This document shows, piece by piece, positions 47,088 to 58,916 of a DNA stretch of 64,000 nucleotides; positions within the stretch are counted from its first letter, which is position 1; each line of letters begins with the position of its first letter. The translations under genes and the position numbers were made by a program. The DNA is taken from the NCBI GenBank assembly GCA_009103225.1, contig RHPI01001946.1, positions 62,001 through 126,000 of the forward strand, written 5' to 3'. Source of the stretch: Chlorokybus atmophyticus. Lineage: Eukaryota; Plantae; Mesostigma and Chlorokybus algae. The notes under the pieces were generated by a model. The model had not been told where the DNA came from. It did not search any database and worked only from the letters and a program-made list of their open reading frames with translations.

Positions 47088-48647
47088 AGCGTAAACTGCT
47101 CGGGCGGCAGCGGGATGCCGGGCTTGGTGTTGAGAGGGGGAAGCGGGACGCTGTTGCGTTGCTGAGCCAGCTCCATCATGACCTGCCATCACAATATATG
47201 CGTATAAACCACCTCCTCAGATGTACACTGTGGAACATGAGCACATCAGACGGGTAGCAAACGGAGGGCTCATTGTAGTAAGTCTGTACACGTGCAGACA
47301 AGCATGCTATAACAACCCGTCAGACTGGACTACATGCATGACCAGATGCAACAACACATGTTGTGTACGTGTACTGCATACATGTACACACCAGCACACA
47401 TACCTGAGAGGACGTGCATTTACCCCACACCCCTTCCACGCGCACACGCAGGCACGAATGCACTCACAGACACGCGCACAACAAAGTGATATTTGCAGAT
47501 GCACACGTATGCACACATGCGTGTCAAGCACAATCCCCACCTCTCGCGGTGGCGGCTGTGCGAAAGCGAACTGCAGCCTGCTCTGCACCGCGAGCTTCAC
47601 GTCGTCGGTGTCGACGGGACCACTCTTGCCCGCGTGCTCAGCCAACGCAGCAGCCTCCGAGACGATGTCACCCTCGTACCCTGGACGCTATTGAATAAGA
47701 GAGATACACGCGCGCGTGTGCAGCTTGCATGCGAGTTCACACATGCATAGGCAACGTGCTGATCATGCATGTGATGCATTGACTCTTGTGTTTGTGTGAG
47801 CACATACACAAGAGCGCGCGCATGCGTGTATGCACATGTGCGTGTGCGCACCGCAACACAAGCACACCCCTTGCATGCAGAGCCAACATGCGCGCAAACA
47901 CACGCATGCACACTACGTGAGGGAGACGAACTGAGCCACTAGCAGCCTGTTGTCACACAACAGCAGAGTTCTGCGTTTCACCTCATCCGAATCCACCACA
48001 CACACATACACATCAAAATAACAACATCCACTCACTGTATAGAAACTCCATAAGTTGCGGCAGCACGCGCGGCTCGCAGGTCGACGCGCCCATACTCAGC
48101 ATGATGCGCGCCACAGCACGCGCCTCAGCAGGGTACTAAAGAGGGAGAGACACACAACGCAATGTGAGTAGAGCATATCATACTCTATATGCGTAGAAGA
48201 GCTACGTACCAAAAAGCTTCATGTACTGTGTAGTCAAAAGCCCCCAGCAAGCATGTGACATATTGACATATTCACATACTACTATGTACACAAAACTACT
48301 TTGGTAAGTATATGCATCACATATGTACTGTCAACTACACATACCTACTTCAGTTTGAAGAATGACAGGTTCTACTAGCAATGACGCATACCAAAATGGT
48401 GGAACAGTGGTTGTGTGCGCGTTGTCTGTGTGTTGCTACGGACGCATATATCAAGCTGCACATGTGCATGCAACATTATGAAATGAGCATACTGGTCGTC
48501 ACAACATCTCCAATGCAATTCACCCAACATATAGACCATACCATACGCTACACATGATTGTGATCACATGGATACAGCAAGTCAAGGCGTCAATACCTGT
48601 TCTCCATCCTGTCCGTCTGCAACTGCGCGCAAGTCCAGCGCAGACAT
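47051..48647 (-). CDS. TAF9: TFIID subunit TAF9 (four exons, about 140 aa)
   Basis: MSALDLRAVADGQDGEQ|YPAEARAVARIMLSMGASTCEPRVLPQLMEFLY|RYEGDIVSEAAALAEHAGKSGPVDTDDVKLAVQSRLQFAFAQPPPRE|VMMELAQQRNSVPLPP...LTAPNYQ. All splice phases are consistent. Confidence 0.93.
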
Positions 48648-49886
48648 GCACCTTCCCTGCAACAGTTAGAAACTAAAAGACACGAACTTGATCAATAAAC
48701 CTTACATCACAATCATGATGGGAACAGCCACCACAGCATGAATAGGGATCAGTGAACAACAGACATATGTACCACAACTGGGTAGGATGGATGCTTTTGA
48801 CAAGATCTCCATGTGAATGGCAACAACAACAATGCTCATGCGATGATGACAACTTATACCACAAGCAGGTGGTTATACAAACGACAACACCAAAGCCGTT
48901 AGTGCAAGCTGTTACCCGCAGTCATTATCACTCGCACAGTCTCTGAGAAAAACAGACTGTGAATAAACTAAACCGTAGCGACACAAAAGGGCTCAAGCAC
49001 ATCATGCGACACAAACTTGGTTGCATGTTAACCGACCAACCAACCCACACGACGCTTACGCAACTTGTTACGCACCGTCAACAGCAGCTCTTACAGGCAG
49101 GGCAGAACTTGGGTTTGCTGTCACTCACACGGGCTTGGGTTTATCCTAGTCTTGCGTGCCTTGCGTTTAGCGCTTATTGCATCATGAGTGTTGATTGGTT
49201 ATGTGGTTGTGCTCGCAAAGCCAGACCCAGACCCAGACCCAGGCCTCTTCTTCCTCCTCCTCCTTCTCTTCTTACTTCGGCCTCCTGTCCGCCGCCGCCT
49301 CCTGCTCGTCCGCCACCGTCGTCACCTCGCTGTTGAGATGAACAAGACTTAGTGGACTTGTTGTTGTGTTTCTGTTCTACCTTTTTTGGGCGGCGGCGCA
49401 GCAGAAGGAGGAGGAGGAGGCCTTGCTATGGCGCTGAGATTTGTGACGAATGCGCATTGGTTGAGGTCTTCTTCTCCCCAAACCACGCCCTGCTGCTGTT
49501 GCTCCTCAAGCCAAACGCCTCACACTCACACCTCTCCAAGGCACGAAACATGGATTAACTGAACGATTACTATCTGATTACTTTCTTGATGTGACTTGTG
49601 AGAACGGAACTGAATATTCATTTACATTCCTTCAGCGGAAGTCGTGCATTTACATCTATACACATGTGCAACCATGTGCGTACCCACACATATGAGGAGG
49701 TGGTGCATGTGCATAGTTGTAGCAGCATGCATGCATGTCCATGTGCATACTTTACACATATCGTTCATGTCAGCCAATGTGTAAGTCAATGGCTGACACG
49801 CAACGCCACTACTATCCATCTACAAGTTACATTAGAGTCACATCCAATAACACAACTGCGCGATAACACAAACCGCAGTGTTTCAG

Positions 49887-51160
49887 AACCCGCAAGCTAC
49901 CCGACAGCCACCCAACAACACCGCTTGCGCTTCCCCGCCATCTTCGCTTCGAGAAGCCAGGCCAGCAGGAGAAGTGATGACAGTGTCAACAGCAACAACG
50001 GTGCTATCGTGGCGGGGTTGACGCTCAAGCCGCACGGCGACATGAGCATGCGCGCGCCGGGAGTGCCGGACATGCACGCTGGATACAGGTGGGCATGATG
50101 GTGTGTGTGTGTGTGTGCGTCTGTGGGCGTGTGGGTGTGGGCATGTAGTTGCGTGCATGCGTGAACTTGCACGTGCACATGTGCGTCACTTGGTTCCATT
50201 TTCTCTTTGTCGTTGTTTTGCTGGCGTGCAAATTCACATGTCTCTTGTTTCATTGTGCAATGTTGTGTTTCAACCCGCTTTCTGTTAGGCAGTTGCTGCG
50301 CGATCTCGGGGATGAGTCGCTCACATTCGCTTTGCCAACACTAGTGCACGGCAATGAGGTCAGGTAAGCATGTTTATAGCACACGAAGACAGACGCGCAC
50401 ATGCACAAGCACACACGCGCACTCAGACGCGCACGCACACGCATGCACGCATACACACGCGCGCGTATACACACGCACATGCGTGCACACATGGGTGCGT
50501 GTACGTCCATGTGCATACACATAATCGCTACTGTACAGCGTATGCTTACAACCATGCAGAGCACCGCGGCGGCAAGCCATACTGGTTATAAGATACAAGA
50601 CATATGGAACTCACCGCCATCATCATCAACTCAACAGTTGTATGCAATTATAGGGTGGTGGACAAGCCAGGCAGATTGGGCAAATGCGACGGCCTCGTCT
50701 CAGCAACACCCAACATTCTCCTTTGCATCACAGGTACCCCAACCAATTTCCACACGTTCTCACAACAACCACGTGTATATCACATATCATGGAGACATGA
50801 ATACTACATCTCGAAAAACTATTGAAATACATATCAACCAACACATAAACCACACAATTCTCCCTTGTCTTCAGCGGCCGACTGCGCAGCGGTGCTGTTG
50901 GGCGACGACGTGAACCAAGTTGTCGGAGCGTGCCACGCGGGTTGGCGGGGCACACTCGCGGGGGTCGTGGAGGCCACCATCATCGCCATGACGTGAGTTG
51001 TGACAGTTACAATAACCAGAAAATCAACGAGGAGTTAGTGCTGTATGTTTTCACAACAACACCAACAAGAACAAGAAGGCGTGGCCACAACTGTATGCTG
51101 TTGTTTGAAGTTCATTCAGCACGACGGTAGCGTCAGTGACAACATCATCAAACATGTTGT

Positions 51161-51205
<45 letters not shown>

Positions 51206-51963
51206 CTTGCTCATCCCACACCAACACATGTGGAGAGTATCATCGTGATCGCACAGGTGTCCATCATCCCAACCCCACTCACCTTCCTTTCTTCCTTACA
51301 ACGCGTTCTCAGGCGATTGGGCGCTGACCCGACCAGCACGCGGGCGTACGTGTCGCCGTGCCTGTCGGCCCATCGGTTCGAGGTCGGCGAGGACGTCGCC
51401 GCGATGTTCGACGAGAGATACGTGCTGCAACGGGGGGAGTGGTCCAAACCACATGTCGACTACAAGGTGAGAGACATCATTCACACGCACCCTGTCTTGG
51501 TGCGTGTGTACGCGCGTGCGTGTGCGCTTGCGAAGGACAATAAGAAGAGTGTGAGTGACTACATTACGAAGCCAACAATCACTCATTTTGGTGCATCATT
51601 CTACTCGTTATGCCTGGTGATACACTACTGCTCGGTTTAACGTTTTTTGGCTGGTACACTGCCCGTGTGGTTGTGCATACACTGTATATGACGAGGTCGC
51701 TCATGTGTCTATCCATGTCTAGATTATGACTTTAATCAGGGTATGCTCTGTGTCTGGATTTCTTGTCCTCCTACTATGGTTTCTGGCTCCCCTCTCAGAG
51801 ACTAGTTGCCGATCAGTGCCGGCGAGCAGGCGTGACCAACATACAAGTGGATCCCGGCTGCACGCTCGCAGAGGGCAACATGTATTACTCCCACCGCGGG
51901 GGGGCGCGGGGGGCACGCATGTTGGGATTCATTTCGCTGCGGGGGCCGCCACGGCGATTGTAG
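49887..51963 (+). CDS. PgeF/YfiH/LACC1-family (laccase-domain) protein, at least six exons; first exon unresolved
   Basis: Exons 49887-50088, 50289-50363, 50654-50733, 50875-50992, 51313-51466 and 51799-51963 splice in frame. Translation: LVHGNEV...CDGLVS..PNILLCITAADCAAVLL...GACHAGWRG...VSPCLSAHRFEVGEDV...GCTL...YYSHR...RMLGFI. Confidence 0.9.
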
Positions 51964-53567
51964 AGAGTTGAGTTGTATGCAGTTGAGTTCTGTGGTTGAC
52001 TGATGTGTGTTGGTGGAGGTTGTTGCGTGTTGTCTGTAGAGTGCTGTGTGCTTTGTGCTGGTGGCAGTGTGCGTTGCGGGGTTGAGTGTACATAAGTGTG
52101 CAGTGCAATATGTTGGGTACAGTTTTGTCGTGTATGTTGGGTGGAACTTGGGGGATAATTGTGGTTGAAGTAACTGTCAGTTGTGGCTTGCTTTGACATG
52201 TGTGGGTGGATGCGCGGTATGCGGCCGGTGCTCTCAAGCAGGGTGAAGTGTACATCAATCTCTAGTCTACTATGCACATGCAAGGTGTTGCATGGTCACA
52301 CGTTGCAGCATGCACACATCCCATTAGGCAAATGAGCATACGCATGTGAGTAAATGCTAGCACCGAGGACTATCACTATCTAGCGCACACCAGCACCTAA
52401 CTGCCAGCACCACCAAACTGCCAATGACACCAATCTACCAGCAGCAGCTCCCACCCGAACGGCCCTGCGCGTGTAGTGCTGACGTAGGCAGCACACAGCG
52501 AGGGTTAGGGTAGAATGGCAGCCAGGGCCGCAGCATGAGCGGCGAGATGCAGAGAGTGGCGGGGAAGAGGGAGAGCGAAAGGGAGAGAGTCGTCGTCGTT
52601 GTGACCCGCGCTAGGAGGGCACTGGCTGCACGTGACCTGCCATTGCGCAGGCCATCGGGCTACTTGGCTCTGTACCGGCAGCGCGTGTCTTGCTTTTTTT
52701 GTTTAATGTGCCAGTAGGCCTAGTGTTTGCTTGCACGCTGCAGCGTGCCCAGGGCATCACCATTCTGGAGCGGGGGGCGGCAGTCGTGGCGGCAGTATCA
52801 GGCTGGGGTCCGGTTCAGACGGCGGCGCCAACGGCGGAAGCGGACGCTGTGCTGGCGGCTGCGGCAGTGTGGTTGTGTAGGCGTGCTTGCATGCCGCTGG
52901 CATGCGTGTGAGTATGCTTGTGCAGTGATAGGCAGGTATGACAGTACGTAGCTTGGTGTGACGATGTTGCTGTTAGTGGAAAGAGAATAGCACGTCATAT
53001 ATCCTGTACACTCTATACTACCCACCCAGCTAGACATGGCAGTAAACATGCAGTCCATGTACAAACGATGTGAAACGGAAATGCACATGCATAGTGGCAT
53101 GCACAGTCAGCAGCATGTATACCTGCAACACTCCAAGGTACAAACAGTCCTTGTAGCGCATTGATGTACACCGTGCGAGGATGGATTAGGCAGTGCATAT
53201 ATCAGAATCTGTTTGCCTTCCAAGACGTTCAGGTGCAGTAGCCCCACACTGTCCACAAATTCCGCCTTTGTAAGCAACACCGAAAACAGCGACACTGAAT
53301 GCAGCACCCACTACCAGCATAAATGATGTCATGCGTGTCTACAATTACTGGCAGCATATCCTGTATACTACCGCCTCAGTATCAAGGGCGTACGCTCATA
53401 GACAGTTAGCTATCACACGCAGACACATCACGTCTCAAAAGTCACACATTAGCAACAGCTTCACCCCAGCCACACTCACTCCACACGCCAGCACAAACAA
53501 TGCTATCATACAATGACCCTGCTAGCAGATTCTGGTCTGGTGACCAATCCGCCGTCCGCAAGTCTGT

Positions 53568-55454
53568 TCAGTGGTAGTTGATGGGTGCCGGAACCTCGCG
53601 CAACTTGCGCTTAGTGAAATGCAAATCCGCCGCGTAGTGGTTGACATCACGATGGTGCGCTTCATCAGCCCTGTCGCAACACAAGTGAAGGGTTCATTAC
53701 GTATACTGTCATGTGACTATGCGGTCACCAACATATCATGACAACAGTAAGGAATGCTCTCAGATACCTGACTGCTACCACCACGTCTCGTAGCTTGGCA
53801 TCAGCCTTGAGCTTCCAGTAATCAATGGCTAACTGCGGCGCGGGGATGTTCTCAATGCGCCCGGCGTCAATTTCTTTCAAGAAGCTGCCATTGCCAATCA
53901 CGTGTTAGACTCTTGCGTTCAAAGCGAGTGAACAGCATGTGGCACCACTACATATTACTGAAGCAAAACTCACCTTGTGTATGAGATGATGGCCTCTTCC
54001 TCAAGGTATCCCACTACGCGGTGTGCCACACGAGGAGCCACCAAGTACATGACGAAGTACCTGTCAAGTGGCCCGAATGCGATCAGTCCCCATAGCCATC
54101 TGATGGCAGTAAGTAAGGGAGGAAAGAACTACAACAGCATGAACAAAGCTTACAGATTGAAGAATACGCCTTGTGTGGCAATGACCAGCGCCCGCTCGTA
54201 CCACTTGGGCTGACTGATTATCATGAAAGTCATGAGATGCATGCGCTCGTTCTCAGCTTCCTCCAGTAGAGTCCTGATCCACCCGCCACTGTGCTCGAAC
54301 CGTCGCAAACTCTGTGCACACACAACACCAACAAGAATCCCTCACTGTAACATTGACTCAGATATTGGCATTACCATGTTGGCATTACGCGCTATCAGAG
54401 AAGCAAAGCACCTTCAGATGGAGAAGAGCTCCGCCAACCATGCCAGGAACAGCCGCAACTGTCTCAAGCATCATCGCGCGGCATCCGTATCGCTTGCGGA
54501 AAAACAAGTCTGTTGGGATGCGCATGAACTTGACCGTCCAATATGCAACCCTGTCACGCCAGTCTACAGGCTCGTGATGCTTTCGCAAGTCAATGGACAA
54601 ATCCGCCTCATATGCTTGTGCCGGCTGTAAGCAAAGATGACTCAGTAAGGGCCTGGTGTGAAGTTGATGGACGTAGCCTAGTTTAACACTGATGGTGCAC
54701 TAGCATGAGTATTTTTGCCCACGTCACAATAGGCATCAATCTGCAGGAACAGCATTGGCTCTCTACATATGCCATGCGAGTGCTGACAACCACTTCAAAT
54801 AGCGTACAAGTACACGAGTATGAACTAGAAATAGCGAGTCAGCCATGCAGGCACATCAACGTGAGTATGTAGTACAAGCTGCCACTTACCGTGAACGACC
54901 GCCACTGCCAGGGCGTGCCATCCTCCTTTTTGAACTCAGTTCCCTTGATACTCCAGTATGATGTCTGTCGGTTTTCCAAAGATACAACGCATATTCTTGT
55001 CAACATCACTGGTGGAGAACACAACAGCACAAAGGTAACCAATGCAATACGGCCCTGCTTGAATCGCAGCAGAGGTCCAGTATAAAACAGCTGTACCTGA
55101 GTGCTGATCTTATTGTTGTGGGCGACATCAACCGCCTCCTCCTTGTCATCCACCTTCAGTGGCTCTGCAGCTGGCACTTGTGTTGTTGTCGATGTCGCGT
55201 AGACGCGCGCAACCTGCAGCCCAATTTTGATCCACACAAAAACAACACAGCATGCCTATGCGCTTGAACATATGGTTGCTACTTACCAGCTGCTGCCTTG
55301 CGCCCAAAGCCTTGCTGAGCGGTACGCCATCTACGAGACCTCCAACTTGGTTGATAAACCTTTGGTAAGGAACTGCAACCTGCCAGCTTGCCGCCGCTGT
55401 AGCAGGATACCTCGCCAGCCCTTGATACCCACGTCTTGTCACAAAGCCCTGCAT
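53568..55454 (-). CDS. AOX: Mitochondrial alternative oxidase, plant type
   Basis: Presequence-like N-terminus; [16 protein letters not shown]; [20 protein letters not shown]; [13 protein letters not shown]; LEEEA; [12 protein letters not shown]; TGA at 53568-53570. Confidence 0.95.
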
Positions 55455-57139
55455 GCAAGTCGCTTACGCTCAACCCATACAGACTACGAGTTCACTAGAG
55501 GCTTTGCGCTAGGCTGTGGCTGAGACAGTTTGCATGGAACCGACGGAGACCGACACACCCTAAACCTTAGCTTCAGTCGACTAACGCAGCTACAAGCATT
55601 GGAACACACATCAAAGTACCACACCAACAGCCGGCCTTGCAAGCTGCAGTTTCGCAAGCAACAACGTTTGCTTCTCAGCTGCTAGATTGAGAAACCAACC
55701 CAGCCAGCGATGGGGATAACACCAATCCCAGCGCAACTCAATCAGCTTGATAACAAGCAAGCCAGCATCTCATCTGAACCAGCAACCCACAGGCGACAAC
55801 AGCAAGCAGCTCCCAGAAGCGTCCGTACACACTCAACTCCTCCGCCTGTTGGTGCTGCTTACCGCAGATGACACTGGCACACCTCGCACCAGCTGTCGTA
55901 AGGCGCCTCCGGCTGTCGCCATGACAAAGAAACCCTCTCGCTCACAACAATGTCGCCACCAACGCTACCGCCGCCACCAACGCCTGTACCACACTGCTGA
56001 AGCTGAAGCTGAGGCTTTGAGCTGCGTTCTGAAAGCTGCGCTGCATGCGAGCAGGCGAAATGCTATTCACGGAGCTATTCACGTAGATAGCAACACGTTG
56101 TATTTGACTAATGCTGTCATGATGTCAACACTACCGGTATGCTTACATGCGATTGTCTGCGGGTCCGTGGGGCGACGCAGCAGGCGGCCGCGTACCGTAC
56201 TGCCAGCTCTCGACGATGACGACAAGCGTTAAATTGCACAGACGCGAGGGTAAAAGTGTCGTCATCTCCGTACGTACGCGAGAGTCTGAGCGCGGAGGGC
56301 CTGTACGTATCAGTCTACCCCTTGCCAAAAGCATACTGATCACCCTCGGGGTTATCCTCAGTGCGTCTAAGCGCACGATCATGAGCACTGATGTCCAGAG
56401 TCCAGTCCAGAGCCATAAGTATGCTATTTACGCGGGTTTACCCATCTTATTAAAGTCGTAATGATGGTTGTCATCACACCCTGCTTTCTTTATACAATAG
56501 CATATCGCGTACACAAATTACGGCATTCAGTTACTTCTAGATAGCCTGCTGATTGCCTTTACCGTATACCATATAAAGCAGCAGCCCGCGGATAATTAAA
56601 GCTATCGTGAAACTCGCTACAGTAATGATTAACCTTGTACATGGTGGTGAAAGTGTACAAGTGAAAGCGAGCCTTATAATGTATGAAGTTGTGGTCAGTG
56701 TGCTTTATTGAACAATGCTTGGAACCACCAATAACCAATGATGTGATTATTTAACAAATTCTATAGTAACAACGCTAACGCCGTCAATCCAGGCCCTCAC
56801 GTAGTTGCCAAATGGCGATGGGCAACGTATAGACATGTGCATATTTAACACAATTGACGCTAGAATTGCGCAATGTCGTCAATGCCAGCAGCTGCAAACC
56901 TTACAGTGCTTATTGCTGCAATTCTCCTCTCCTCTTGTTTGCGCATTTGCTGACATCAAACCCACATCCTATGATTGTTGCTCTTCCCCGTCATGCATTG
57001 CATTGCACATATGTAAGCTCCTTTTGCATTCCCTTAAAGTGCTATTACAGTGTCGTAGTACAGCAGGGAGGGGGTGGTCTTGCAGTGCACATCTGTGCAT
57101 GGAGCGTATCTTGGCAGTTTTAATGCAAACTTACCAGTA

Positions 57140-57395
57140 TACCGTATTTGCCCGAATAGAAGCCACCCCCAAATACAAGCCCCCCTGGCAAACCAGGGTG
57201 GGGGGCTTATGTAAACATTTTCAAGCCCCTTGGACCGTTAATAAGCCCCCACATGACATAATGTGCCCATTGCGCCGCTTGGGTTACGCTTGACGCGCGC
57301 GACTCAGCCAATTAACAGCATAACTCGCGCCAAGTAGAATCCCCCGCTGAATACAAGCCCCCTTTACAAAAAGAGGTGGGGGGCTTCTATCCGGC
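57140..57395. mobile_element. Short MITE-like element with degenerate TIRs and internal hairpins
   Basis: Left end TACCGTATTTGCCCGAATAGAAGCC. Right end GGCTTCTATCCGGC matches 12 of 14 bases of the expected inverse. Two AAGCCCCC...GGGGGCTT hairpins at about 57177 and 57354. Confidence 0.55.
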
Positions 57396-57886
57396 TTCCC
57401 ATCCCGTATGCAGATAGCTAAAACTTGATGATCAACCCCCTCCCCCCCCCTGCCCCCTCCTCTCCCAACACCGCAACCACGCAGCCCCCCCTCCTGATTA
57501 TGCCATCAACCGCACTAACATTGTTATCGTAACACTGTATGGGCCCTGAAGTCTTTACCACTAGGCTAAATAGCACAATTTGCCAATTGTGCTAGGAGCA
57601 CATGTCTCACAGATATTAAATAACCGCATATGTGACAATCGCCGTATGGTGCTAGAGATGACACGCGACCCACTTGCCGCCATCGTGGTATCGCAAAAAC
57701 GCAGGGGTCGATAGTTATCTTGCTACGGACGAGTTGATATCGTTAATAATAGCTTTAACTAGTAAAGATTTCGATCATTATAGACAAACAAATCTTATGT
57801 GAGCGTGAGGTGCACAAGTGCACATCAATAAGCTTGAGGAGCTCAATAACGATGCCAATCTTAGTTAAAGTATCTTGTCAAAAGCC

Positions 57887-57920
<34 letters not shown>

Positions 57921-58916
57921 CACAATGATGGCATGTCGATATGCAGAGGTTTAATGTTGACAAACAAACTCGCAAGCAGATGAAGGAAACGCCAAGGCCT
58001 GCAAATGAATGCACTACTCGTCCTTGGTTCCAGCGCAGCAGTATTACTGTTTACTGTGATAGGTGACACCAGCAGTGTCGAGTCATAGCAGTTGTACTGT
58101 CATTCTCAACCAGATGTCTACCTACATGCGTACGTTGACTTTGCTTAGGAACAGGCTACTGCGTGCAAAGCATGCCCTGTTACCTGTTTTGATGCCTTTG
58201 AACAAGTCGAACAAGTCGAACAAGTCAGCTTTTGGATTGAGCGCATCAGCTTGCTTTGGTTGGCTATATCTGGGTGAGCAAACTTGTTGCAAGAGTGCGC
58301 CAGTTGTGCAAAGATTTTATGCCTCATATGCTGCATGCATAGGGTGTACGACTTTACTAACTTGCTAGCGTGTGTGAGTAGTGATGCCTTGTCAGCCGAT
58401 TTATTGATACAGTCAGTGTTAGCAATAATTGGTAACCTGCTGTGCATTAGTTGGCAGATTGCAGTGTCCTGCCTACTGTATGGTTTACGGGAAGATATAC
58501 CTTGCGCAAAGCCGACGTGACTAGCTGTGAAGCTGAAAAGATCCAATGCGCAGCTGCAGGCCAAGCAACTTCCGAGCAGCAAAGATGCTGCTTGTCCAAT
58601 GCTGTCAGATGTGCAGCACGACTCAATGTAGGCATGCGACAGCATAGCAGGCAGTTGGAAACCCACTCCTCATTCATGTGTGACACGTGCAGCTACTATT
58701 GACTATTCATTGCTCCAGTTGCAGCCAAGCTAGCCGTTGGACAAGCATGAGGCAAGCATGTGCTCTCAACCGGAGTGGTCAGCAAATAATCGTGCTTTTG
58801 TACGGAATTGCATGCACGCAAATCTGACCTGAGCGGCAAGCAAGCTCCGTGTGCCACATGCGACTTGTGGCACTTCTCAGCTCAAAGGCAGGCATGATAA
58901 GGTTGCAAAACATGTT

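Noticed and set aside
52400-53320. Possible small spliced gene between the PgeF-like gene and AOX
   Set aside because: GC-rich exon-like patches exist, but no consistent frame or recognisable product could be assembled.
55747-56232. 161-aa plus-strand ORF
   Set aside because: Non-ATG start, simple-repeat content, and it lies in the AOX upstream region.
58145-58666. 173-aa minus-strand ORF downstream of UAP56
   Set aside because: Non-ATG start, no motif, and it includes a 9-bp tandem repeat. Probably UTR or intergenic sequence.
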